Shown one piece after another: positions 7,767 to 15,253 of a stretch of DNA of 24,000 nucleotides. The notes under the pieces are model-generated. The model did not search any database, was not told the DNA's origin, and was given only the letters and a program-made list of their open reading frames with translations. The translations under genes were made by a program, and so were the position numbers. The stretch comes from Alphaproteobacteria bacterium (GTDB lineage Bacteria; Pseudomonadota; Alphaproteobacteria; UBA9655): contig JABDDK010000001.1 of assembly GCA_013287665.1 (NCBI GenBank), positions 64,822-88,821 on the forward strand, given 5' to 3'. Numbering within the stretch: the first letter of the stretch is position 1; each line of letters begins with the position of its first letter.

Positions 7767-8714
7767 ATGGTCTCAGAAGTGTATACAAAAGTTCTTATTA
7801 TTGGCAGTGGTCCTGCGGGATATTCGGCCGCGATTTATGCGGCGCGGGCTAATCTTGAACCCGTTCTTGTTGCTGGGCTTGAGCCGGGTGGACAGCTCAT
7901 GATTACAACGGATGTTGAAAACTATCCCGGCTTTGCGGACGTGATCCAAGGGCCCTGGCTGATGGAGCAAATGCGTCTTCAAGCGGAGCATGTGGGCACT
8001 CGCCTTATCCAAGACCATATTAAGAATGTAGACATGTCCAAGCGTCCCTTTGTGTGTATTGGGGAGAGTGGGACCATTTATACGGCAGAAACACTGATCA
8101 TTTGTACGGGAGCACAGGCAAAGTGGTTGGGACTCGAGAGCGAGATGAAATTCCGAGGCTTTGGGGTCTCAGGATGTGCCACATGCGATGGATTCTTCTT
8201 CCGTGGAAAAGAAGTTGCTGTTATTGGGGGAGGGAACACGGCCGTTGAAGATGCTATTTATTTAACGAATCACGCCTCAAAAGTCACTCTCATCCATCGC
8301 CGAGACCAACTGAGAGCTGAAAAAATACTGCAAGATCGACTATTTAAGAACCCGAAAGTTAATGTGATTTGGAACCATGTTATGGACGAAGTCTTAGGCA
8401 AGGAAGATCCTCTGACCGTGAACGGCATTCGTATAAAGGACGTGAAATCTGGGAAAACCCAAGAGCTTCCCGTAGATGGTTTGTTTGTTGCGATCGGTCA
8501 CGTGCCGAATACAGAGATTTTCAAAGGAAAGCTGGAGCTGGATGCGGAAGGCTACATCATAGGATCTGCTCTCTCGACCGCGACGAATGTGAAGGGTGTC
8601 TTTGCGGCAGGAGATGTTCGTGATAAGATTTACCGTCAAGCTGTCACTGCGGCAGGGATGGGATGTATGGGCGCCCTGGATGTAACAAGCTTTTTGCAAG
8701 AAGAGGGACTTTAA
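7767..8714 (+). CDS. trxB: Thioredoxin-disulfide reductase
   Basis: FAD motif GSGPAGYSAA, NADPH motif GGGNTAVEDA and the redox-active CATCDG. Confidence 0.92.
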   Translation: MVSEVYTKVLIIGSGPAGYSAAIYAARANLEPVLVAGLEPGGQLMITTDVENYPGFADVIQGPWLMEQMRLQAEHVGTRLIQDHIKNVDMSKRPFVCIGESGTIYTAETLIICTGAQAKWLGLESEMKFRGFGVSGCATCDGFFFRGKEVAVIGGGNTAVEDAIYLTNHASKVTLIHRRDQLRAEKILQDRLFKNPKVNVIWNHVMDEVLGKEDPLTVNGIRIKDVKSGKTQELPVDGLFVAIGHVPNTEIFKGKLELDAEGYIIGSALSTATNVKGVFAAGDVRDKIYRQAVTAAGMGCMGALDVTSFLQEEGL

Positions 8715-8723
8715 ATAAACACG

Positions 8724-9638
8724 ATGGATTGGGATAAGCTGCGGGTATTTTATAATGTTGCCGATTCGGGAAGTTTCACCCGCGCAGCTATGCGTCTTGA
8801 CATCACTCAATCAGCCATTAGCCGCCAAATTGGAAGCCTCGAAGAACGCATGGGCGTTCCTCTTTTTCACCGCCATGCGCGGGGTCTTCTTTTAACAGAA
8901 CAGGGGGAGCTTCTCTTCCGAACAGCCCGTGAAGTTTTCTCTGAGCTTGCCATGGTTCAAGCTAAAATTACGGAGAACATCGCTGTTTCCCCTTCCGCCT
9001 TAAAGATTGCAGCAACGGTTGGGTTTGGCACCACCTGGCTTTCGCCTCGTTTACATACATTTTTGGACCTTTATCCCAACCTTCGTGTCACCCTCCTCTT
9101 AAGCGATAACCCAATTGACTTAACGGTTCATGAGTCAGATGTCTCGATAACGTCTTCTGTGACAGAGGATGAAGACCTTATTTATAGAGAGCTGATGTGC
9201 CGAAAACTATTGATTTATTCAAGCCGGGATTACCTTCTTAAATACGGTGTTCCTTTGACACCTGAGGATTTGGATCACCACAGACTTGTTGTCTATAGTG
9301 AGATGGCAATGGTTCCTTCTGATAATGTGAACTGGATTTTAACGTGTGGAACGCCTCCCGGTATTAAGCGAGAGCCCTACCTTGAGATCAATAACTTAAC
9401 AGGGATTACAAAAGCTGTTGAGTATGGGGCAGGTATTGCTTGCCTTCCAGAATATGTAGCGAAAAAGTACAAAGGACTTGTGCAAATATTACCTGAGACG
9501 ATGAGTCCTATTGTTCGGTTTTACTTTGTTTACCCAAAGCAATTAAAGGATTCAACACGGATTACAAACTTGTGGACCTTCTTAAGAGAAGAAAGCCAGA
9601 AGGACGAAGAAGACATCAAACGAGGATCCAAACCATGA
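8724..9638 (+). CDS. LysR-family transcriptional regulator
   Basis: N-terminal HTH ([31 protein letters not shown]) followed by a LysR substrate-binding domain. Confidence 0.85.
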   Translation: MDWDKLRVFYNVADSGSFTRAAMRLDITQSAISRQIGSLEERMGVPLFHRHARGLLLTEQGELLFRTAREVFSELAMVQAKITENIAVSPSALKIAATVGFGTTWLSPRLHTFLDLYPNLRVTLLLSDNPIDLTVHESDVSITSSVTEDEDLIYRELMCRKLLIYSSRDYLLKYGVPLTPEDLDHHRLVVYSEMAMVPSDNVNWILTCGTPPGIKREPYLEINNLTGITKAVEYGAGIACLPEYVAKKYKGLVQILPETMSPIVRFYFVYPKQLKDSTRITNLWTFLREESQKDEEDIKRGSKP

Positions 9639-10408
9639 CCTATGAATTCATTCTTTTTGAGAAAATCCAGAAGGTGGGGGTGATCACACTCAATCGACCA
9701 CAAGCTCTGAATGCCTTGTGTGAGGGGTTGATTCGTGAATTAACAGCGGCTCTTGATGTCTGTGAGGCCGATCCTGATATTCATTGCATGGTGTTGACCG
9801 GCTCTGAGAAAGCCTTTGCGGCAGGGGCTGATATTAAAGAAATGCAATCAAAGACTTATAGGGAATCCTATATGGAAGATTTTATCTCGAAATGGGAGAG
9901 AATCGATCGTTGCAGGAAGCCCATCATTGCAGCTGTCTCTGGGTTTGCCTTGGGAGGTGGATGTGAGATGGCGATGATGTGTGACTTCATTATAGCCTCT
10001 GATACGGCTAAATTTGGCCAGCCAGAGGTGACAATTGGGACGATCCCGGGGTCAGGGGGCACCCAACGGTTAACCCGCGTTGTCGGCAAGTCTAAGGCCA
10101 TGGAGATGTGTTTAACGGGTCGTATGATGGATGCAGAGGAAGCAGAACAGGCGGGGCTCGTGAGTCGGGTGGTAGCTGTTGCTGAATTACGTGAGGAAGC
10201 CTTGAAGACTGCTCACAAGATTGCCTCATTCTCCCTACCGATCGTGATGATGATTAAAGAATCGATTGGAGCTGCCTTTGAGATGCCCTTGTCTGAGGGC
10301 GTGAAGTTTGAGCGGCGCTTGTTCTATTCGACCTTTGCCCTCGACGATCAAAAGGAAGGAATGGCCGCTTTTCTAGAAAAGCGCCCGCCCGTGTTTAAGG
10401 GGAAGTAA
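9635..10408 (+). CDS. Enoyl-CoA hydratase (crotonase family)
   Basis: Crotonase fold ([36 protein letters not shown]). The start was moved from the track's 9572 to ATG 9635 ([10 protein letters not shown]). The 21 upstream codons lie inside the LysR gene, and ATG 9635 overlaps the LysR stop as ATGA. Confidence 0.85.
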   Translation: MTYEFILFEKIQKVGVITLNRPQALNALCEGLIRELTAALDVCEADPDIHCMVLTGSEKAFAAGADIKEMQSKTYRESYMEDFISKWERIDRCRKPIIAAVSGFALGGGCEMAMMCDFIIASDTAKFGQPEVTIGTIPGSGGTQRLTRVVGKSKAMEMCLTGRMMDAEEAEQAGLVSRVVAVAELREEALKTAHKIASFSLPIVMMIKESIGAAFEMPLSEGVKFERRLFYSTFALDDQKEGMAAFLEKRPPVFKGK

Positions 10409-10409
10409 T

Positions 10410-10837
10410 CTTCACCTCTCCCCTGCGTGGGAGAGGTCGACCCGAAGGGTCGGGTGAGGGGCATTTAAAATCATCTCCAAAACTCCCTCAATATTACTAA
10501 GCACATCATTATTCCAAAAACGGATAACTTTAAATCCATTCATTTCAAGAATACGTGTCCGCTGATTATCATAGGCTTCTTGGTCAGCATGTTGTCCTCC
10601 ATCGAGTTCAATCACTAGTTTTTTCTTAAGGCAAACGAAATCAACAATGTAGTTTTGCAACATATGTTGACGCCTAAACTTCCAACCATAAAACCTCCGA
10701 TCTCTAAGATGATACCAAAGACGACTTTCGGCGTCAGTTTGATTTGTGCGTAGTGTTTTTTGAAATCTCTTTAGAGTCATATTTCCCCCTCACCCGACCC
10801 TGCGGGTCGACCTCTCCCACGCAGGGGAGAGGTGAAG
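10410..10837 (-). mobile_element. Full-length member of the REP-like family: DUF559 gene enclosed by two inverted about 52-nt arms (10410-10461, 10785-10837)
   Basis: Both arms are near-identical inverted copies (CTTCACCTCTCCCCTGCGTGGGAGAGGTCGACCC-GAA/GCA-GGGTCGGGTGAGGGG). The ORF starts 5 nt inside one arm and terminates inside the other. Confidence 0.6.
10412..10780 (-). CDS. DUF559 endonuclease-domain protein (Vsr-like nuclease fold)
   Basis: The sequence TDAESRLWYHLRDRRFYGWKFRRQH...IVDFVC...LVIELDGGQHA...RFWNNDVL is the DUF559 hallmark. The last 16 codons (NAPHPTLRVDLSHAGER) and the stop are encoded by the repeat arm. Confidence 0.8.
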   Translation of the reverse strand: MTLKRFQKTLRTNQTDAESRLWYHLRDRRFYGWKFRRQHMLQNYIVDFVCLKKKLVIELDGGQHADQEAYDNQRTRILEMNGFKVIRFWNNDVLSNIEGVLEMILNAPHPTLRVDLSHAGER

Positions 10838-10967
10838 AAATTCCATATGGGCAATTAAAAACCCGTCCTCAAATTGACAGAAATCAAAATTGAAATAACC
10901 TCATAAATGTAAAATCCCACCCGTGTGCCTGGATTTTACTCCCCACAATCACGAAAAGGATACCACC

Positions 10968-12134
10968 ATGATGCAGTCAACATCTGCCCTGGAACAGGGT
11001 TCATTTAACTCGCCTCCAAAAAATCGACTTGTTGTTTTACGAAGAGAATTCATGGATCTCACCAAGGATCCTCTTATCGCTATTGTCCTTAATCAACTGG
11101 TGTATTGGTCCCGTCGGGTTCAGGATTACTCCTCCTACTTGCAAGAAGAAAAAGAGAGCAAAACCAACCCTCAATTTGGGTGGATATATAAGGCGTCCGA
11201 CGAGCTTATTGAGGAAACCTTAATCGGTGTGGACCGCGCCACTATGTGTCGGTACCTTAATTTCCTCATTGAAAATGAATGGATCCTGCGGCGGTCAAAT
11301 CCCCATAACCCTTGGGACAAAATTCCTCAATATCGGGTTAACCTCCGAAAACTGGAAACGGACCTCTTTGAGCTCGGACACCCCGTTCCAAGCGAACAAA
11401 ACTCGACGTCGCAAAATGCAACGTCGACGTTGCAAAATGCGCAGTCGACGTCGCAAATTGCAACTTCATATACTTATACAGAGACTACTATCAAAGATGA
11501 CAAACAGAAAGAAGAAGCGCGCGCGCGAATTGTAAAAATGAGGGAAGTTTGGCAATCCCATATGCCATACGATCAATTTGAGCTGACAGAGAGCCGGCTC
11601 CAGCAAATGGAGGCTTTGTTAAAGAGAGAGTTCCGCGATGATCTTGAGGAGTGGGGGCGATTTTGTATTCGTGTGAAGGAGTGCCCTTTCTTGATGGGAC
11701 AAGGCTCTCGTGGATGGCGTATCCGCTTGGATTGGTTGCTCAACTTAGATAATTTTCAAAAGGTTCAAGACGGTCACTACGAGGAATATGATCGGCCCAT
11801 GATGGTTTTCATTGATCCTCCTCAACACCCTAAAGTGACAGAAATCCTTGACAGCATCAAGGATCCCAAGTGGAAAGAGTGGTGCACCAAAATGGCGGAG
11901 GGACTCAAGCTTCCGAGTGGGCAAATGATTGAAAAACGATTGTCAGTGAATGACCTAGAAGTCATAAAAGATGCCTGGTTTATCGAGTATGACGATGACT
12001 TCCTGGTCTGGATTGGAAGCCACGATCAACGCGTTCTCAACAAGATTGAAGACCTACGCGTCAAAATCAACTGGGCCTTTAAAGCGGATTATTTTGAAGG
12101 AAGATCCTTCCGAACACGGCTGATTGAAAAGTGA
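10968..12134 (+). CDS. Orphan protein with an N-terminal winged-helix-like DNA-binding region; possible replication/organizer-type protein of a mobile element
   Basis: ATG 10968 is preferred over the track's GTG 10923 because an AAAGGA RBS lies about 8 nt upstream. The N-terminal region (ASDELIEETLIGVDRATMCRYLNFLIENEWILR) looks like an HTH/wHTH. A Ser/Thr/Gln linker is encoded by the iterons. The C-terminal half has no family I can name. Confidence 0.55.
   Translation: MMQSTSALEQGSFNSPPKNRLVVLRREFMDLTKDPLIAIVLNQLVYWSRRVQDYSSYLQEEKESKTNPQFGWIYKASDELIEETLIGVDRATMCRYLNFLIENEWILRRSNPHNPWDKIPQYRVNLRKLETDLFELGHPVPSEQNSTSQNATSTLQNAQSTSQIATSYTYTETTIKDDKQKEEARARIVKMREVWQSHMPYDQFELTESRLQQMEALLKREFRDDLEEWGRFCIRVKECPFLMGQGSRGWRIRLDWLLNLDNFQKVQDGHYEEYDRPMMVFIDPPQHPKVTEILDSIKDPKWKEWCTKMAEGLKLPSGQMIEKRLSVNDLEVIKDAWFIEYDDDFLVWIGSHDQRVLNKIEDLRVKINWAFKADYFEGRSFRTRLIEK
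11403..11465 (+). repeat. Three tandem 21-bp iteron-like repeats containing an 18-bp perfect palindrome
   Basis: The repeats are TCGACGTCGCAAAATGCAACG, TCGACGTTGCAAAATGCGCAG and TCGACGTCGCAAATTGCAACT. TGCAACGTCGACGTTGCA (11417-11434) is a perfect palindrome. The repeats are in frame and encode STSQNAT/STLQNAQ/STSQIAT. Confidence 0.85.
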
Positions 12135-12138
12135 AGGC

Positions 12139-12166
12139 AAAAAAAATCCCCTGAAATATCAGGGGA
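12139..12166 (-). terminator. Rho-independent terminator between convergent genes (strong on the minus strand, weaker on the plus strand)
   Basis: Stem TCCCCTG (12147-12153) / CAGGGGA (12160-12166), with a 6-nt loop. It is preceded on the plus strand by A8 (12139-12146), which reads as U8 for the minus-strand transcript. On the plus strand it is followed by CTTTAGTTTT. Confidence 0.6.
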
Positions 12167-12226
12167 CTTTAGTTTTCAGTATACTTAAGGAGGGGTACTC
12201 TTTAGTAAACAAACACCGACGTTTAA

Positions 12227-12865
12227 TTAAAAACTCACGTTATCAAAGTTAACGCTTACAGCTTTACCAACAACGTTCGTCACTTTTGAAGCAAGCCAAG
12301 AGAAAGCTGAGCTTACTTTTGATCCTACATAAGAAGCTGCTGATGCAACGGCTGTTTTTACTTTTTGAGCTGTTTCAGACTCAACCGCATCTTTAACGGC
12401 TGCATACGATGTTTTCGCAATGGTTCCAATACCTGTACCGAGCTCTACAACGCCGTCCTTAAAGTTCGTAAAGGCTTCAGGAATATTCTTCAAACCCTTG
12501 CCAGCAGAACTTACAGCGCCTGATGCGTACTTGCCTGCCATATCAAAATGCTTGTCTTTGGTTTCTGCATCAGCATAAACATAACTTGGGAGTGCAACAG
12601 CAGTGTGATAAACAGCACCAGCTGCTTTAAGGAATGCTTCTGCGCCTTTTTTCGTATTATACAAAGTGTTTACAGTGCCAAGACCAAGTTTTTTAGTCCC
12701 ACTACCAACGTTCTGTGCACCTTCCCAAAGTTCAGCTCTATAAACCCTTGGAGCTGCAACTGGAACTTGCGCCTCAATATCACCCTCTAATGGATTATCA
12801 ACAGCTTGCACTGGAGTCATAACCAAAGTGGAAAGCATTAACGCCACTAAAATTCTATTAAACAT
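12227..12865 (-). CDS. Orphan secreted Ala/Gly/Lys-rich protein
   Basis: Signal peptide MFNRILVALMLSTLVMTPVQA. The second ATG (12865) is preferred because GAGGT lies 7 nt upstream, and it lies only 1 nt from the first ATG at 12871. No recognisable family. Confidence 0.55.
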   Translation of the reverse strand: MFNRILVALMLSTLVMTPVQAVDNPLEGDIEAQVPVAAPRVYRAELWEGAQNVGSGTKKLGLGTVNTLYNTKKGAEAFLKAAGAVYHTAVALPSYVYADAETKDKHFDMAGKYASGAVSSAGKGLKNIPEAFTNFKDGVVELGTGIGTIAKTSYAAVKDAVESETAQKVKTAVASAASYVGSKVSSAFSWLASKVTNVVGKAVSVNFDNVSF

Positions 12866-13046
12866 ATACATTACCTCATCAAAACAACGTTAAAATCAAT
12901 CTATTTAAATAGATATAACATTTAAGTAGGTTGTTTATATCAAAATGCAAGAGTAATGTCAAATTTTTTCAACAATAATTTTTAGTTGGCAGGTATGCAA
13001 TTTCGATGTGGCTTGTTATACTTCCTTAAAAACAACGAGGTTTTCT

Positions 13047-14051
13047 ATGAAAGCACAAGTCCTTTATAAGGCAGATGATGTAAAAAACCACCCGTTACAA
13101 TTACAAGATATAGATATTCCCCGCCCATTGCAAGGCGAAATTCTTATTAAAATCAATGTTTGTGGGGTGTGTAGGACGGACCTCCATGTTGTTGAAGGGG
13201 AACTCTCGCTTACAACTTTACCGCTTATCCCCGGCCATCAAGTAGTTGGTATCGTCGAGGAATGCGGTCCTGGTGTTCAGGATCTGCAGTTGGGTGATCG
13301 TGTCGGCGTTGGATGGTTGCAAGCCACCTGCGGGAAGTGCCGTTTTTGCCTATCAGACCAGAACAACCTCTGCGAACAAGCTACCTACACGGGCTGGACT
13401 ACCCAGGGGGGGTATGCGGAGTACATGATCGCCCAAAGCCACTTTGTTTATCCCATCCCTGAAGGATATTCAGATCAAGAGGCAGCCCCTTTGTTATGCG
13501 CGGGCATTATCGGGTATAGATCTCTCAAGTTGATGGATATAGCGGATTGGAAAGGAAAGCGCATTGGAATCTATGGTTTTGGAGCCGCAGGCCACATCGT
13601 CATCCAACTCCTGCGGGCCTGGGGCGCTGAAGTCTACGTCTGCACACGGGAAAAGGCTCACCAAGAGCTCGCTCAAGAGTTAGGGGCCGTGTGGACTGGT
13701 AGCGCCACCGACAACCCTCCCGCCCTGCTTGACGGCGCTGTTGTGTATGCCCCTGCAGGTGAGATCGTGCCCGCAGCCTTGCAAGCCCTCGATCGGGGAG
13801 GGCGCTTGATACTTGCTGGTATTCATATGAGTCCGATTCCTAGCTTCTCGTATGATCTCCTCTATGGAGAGAAGATGATCAAGAGCGTCACCAATAATAC
13901 GAAAGAGGACGGGATTGAGTTTCTAAAGGAAGCGTCACGTATTGGGATCAAAACCCACTTTAAAACCTTTCCGCTGGAAGACGCCAACAAGGCCCTCTGC
14001 GCCCTAAAGAATGATTATATCAAAGGCGCAGGGGTTTTGATGTGTGGGTAA
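13047..14051 (+). CDS. Zinc-dependent alcohol dehydrogenase family protein
   Basis: Catalytic-Zn motif CGVCRTDLH, structural-Zn loop CGKCRFCLSDQNNLC and Rossmann motif GFGAAGH. Start set at ATG 13047 (MKAQVLYK) with ACGAGG 7 nt upstream, rather than the track's GTG 13008. Confidence 0.88.
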   Translation: MKAQVLYKADDVKNHPLQLQDIDIPRPLQGEILIKINVCGVCRTDLHVVEGELSLTTLPLIPGHQVVGIVEECGPGVQDLQLGDRVGVGWLQATCGKCRFCLSDQNNLCEQATYTGWTTQGGYAEYMIAQSHFVYPIPEGYSDQEAAPLLCAGIIGYRSLKLMDIADWKGKRIGIYGFGAAGHIVIQLLRAWGAEVYVCTREKAHQELAQELGAVWTGSATDNPPALLDGAVVYAPAGEIVPAALQALDRGGRLILAGIHMSPIPSFSYDLLYGEKMIKSVTNNTKEDGIEFLKEASRIGIKTHFKTFPLEDANKALCALKNDYIKGAGVLMCG

Positions 14052-14055
14052 ACCA

Positions 14056-14401
14056 TCACCTCTCCCCGCGTGGGAGAGGTCGACGCGCAGCGGCGGGTCA
14101 CTGCCATTAAGTTAAGGAAAATTGTCTCGAGGTGGGTCGTCCCGGGAATGAGAATTTCTTGAGCAAAGCTCAAGATTTCTCATTGCCCGGGATCCAGGAG
14201 CAATACTATTGCGTAAGCAATACAACGCTCCTTTATAAAGAAAATCATTACATTCCTGCGGAATGAATTATTAGCCCTGGATCCCCGATCCGCGCTTCGC
14301 GCTCTCGAGGACGACCCTAGGGGTGGGCAGTTTGCTTAACTTAATGGCAGTGGCCCTGAAGGGCGACCTCTCCCACAAGGAGAGAGGTGAGGGTGCCTCA
14401 C
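14056..14401. repeat. REP-like arm pair (14056-14098 and 14353-14401) interrupted by a nested element
   Basis: The left arm TCACCTCTCCCCGCGTGGGAGAGGTCGACGCGCAGCGGCGGGT is truncated before GAGGGG. The right arm GCCCTGAAGGGCGACCTCTCCCACAAGGAGAGAGGTGAGGGTGCCTCAC lacks the CCCCTCACCC end. Confidence 0.65.
14099..14352. mobile_element. 254-bp MITE-like element nested inside the REP pair
   Basis: Perfect 18-bp TIRs: CACTGCCATTAAGTTAAG (14099-14116) and CTTAACTTAATGGCAGTG (14335-14352). Internal long hairpins are present. It shares a GGGTCGTCCTCG-type motif with the 5191-5545 palindrome. Confidence 0.6.
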
Positions 14402-14431
14402 GTATTCCATTAGGTGCCCTTGATGAGTCGG

Positions 14432-15157
14432 TTATTCCGTTTCTTTCTTACTGTTCATCGGCTCGGGTACAGCAATAAGCATTCTTGCTTCACCATTCTC
14501 AAAAAGGACTCTAGAAATTGCCCTTACATTATCTCTTGCAATTCTAATAGGAACTGTTTCCCTTGGTAGAAGAGCAACCGTATCTCGCAAAGCTGTTACA
14601 AGTTCACTTGCTGATCCTTGAAGCCCCGATCTGAGACCCAGTTCTTCTATATCCTTATATATAACTGCAAGCCTTGATTCTGCAGCTTCCCAATCCTCAG
14701 GCTTCGCCCCATCTTTATTTAATGATTTCATTACCTTAGCGTGTTTTTCTTCCGCACTTTCAGAGTCTGGATATAAATAGAAAATGCACAATTGAGGAAT
14801 CTTAATAATTCTGTTTTCGCCGTCTTGGACTACAAATGCATCTCTTGGAATATATATTTTAGCTTGATTCTGTTGAACACTTTGCCTATCACCTAAATCA
14901 ACTCTCGTAAAATTAGTTTCACTCTCAACAGTTTCATCCTCTGTTACTGGCCCAGCTACAACTGTTGCAGTGGACTGAGGCGGGTCGAAAGTGACCGGAG
15001 ACTTCTTTTTTTTTGGAGATGGTTTTGCTTCATTGCCTCTAACTAAAGGCTTTTTTTCAGGATCTTCTTCACCACCACAACAATTACCAGCATTAATTGT
15101 TTTATTCTCGATCAACATTGAGAATAATAAAAATGCAACAAAAACACTATACTTCAT
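14432..15157 (-). CDS. Orphan secreted protein, immediately downstream of the giant gene
   Basis: AGGAG RBS 8 nt upstream of the ATG. N-terminal signal-like segment MKYSVFVAFLLFSMLI, followed by a Lys/Pro-rich linker. No recognisable family. Confidence 0.55.
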   Translation of the reverse strand: MKYSVFVAFLLFSMLIENKTINAGNCCGGEEDPEKKPLVRGNEAKPSPKKKKSPVTFDPPQSTATVVAGPVTEDETVESETNFTRVDLGDRQSVQQNQAKIYIPRDAFVVQDGENRIIKIPQLCIFYLYPDSESAEEKHAKVMKSLNKDGAKPEDWEAAESRLAVIYKDIEELGLRSGLQGSASELVTALRDTVALLPRETVPIRIARDNVRAISRVLFENGEARMLIAVPEPMNSKKETE

Positions 15158-15253
15158 AAATTAAACTCCTACAATATTACTAAAATTAACAATCTTTGGA
15201 TAATGACATATGTATACATTGCATATGAAAATCATACAATATGCTTCCCTCCC

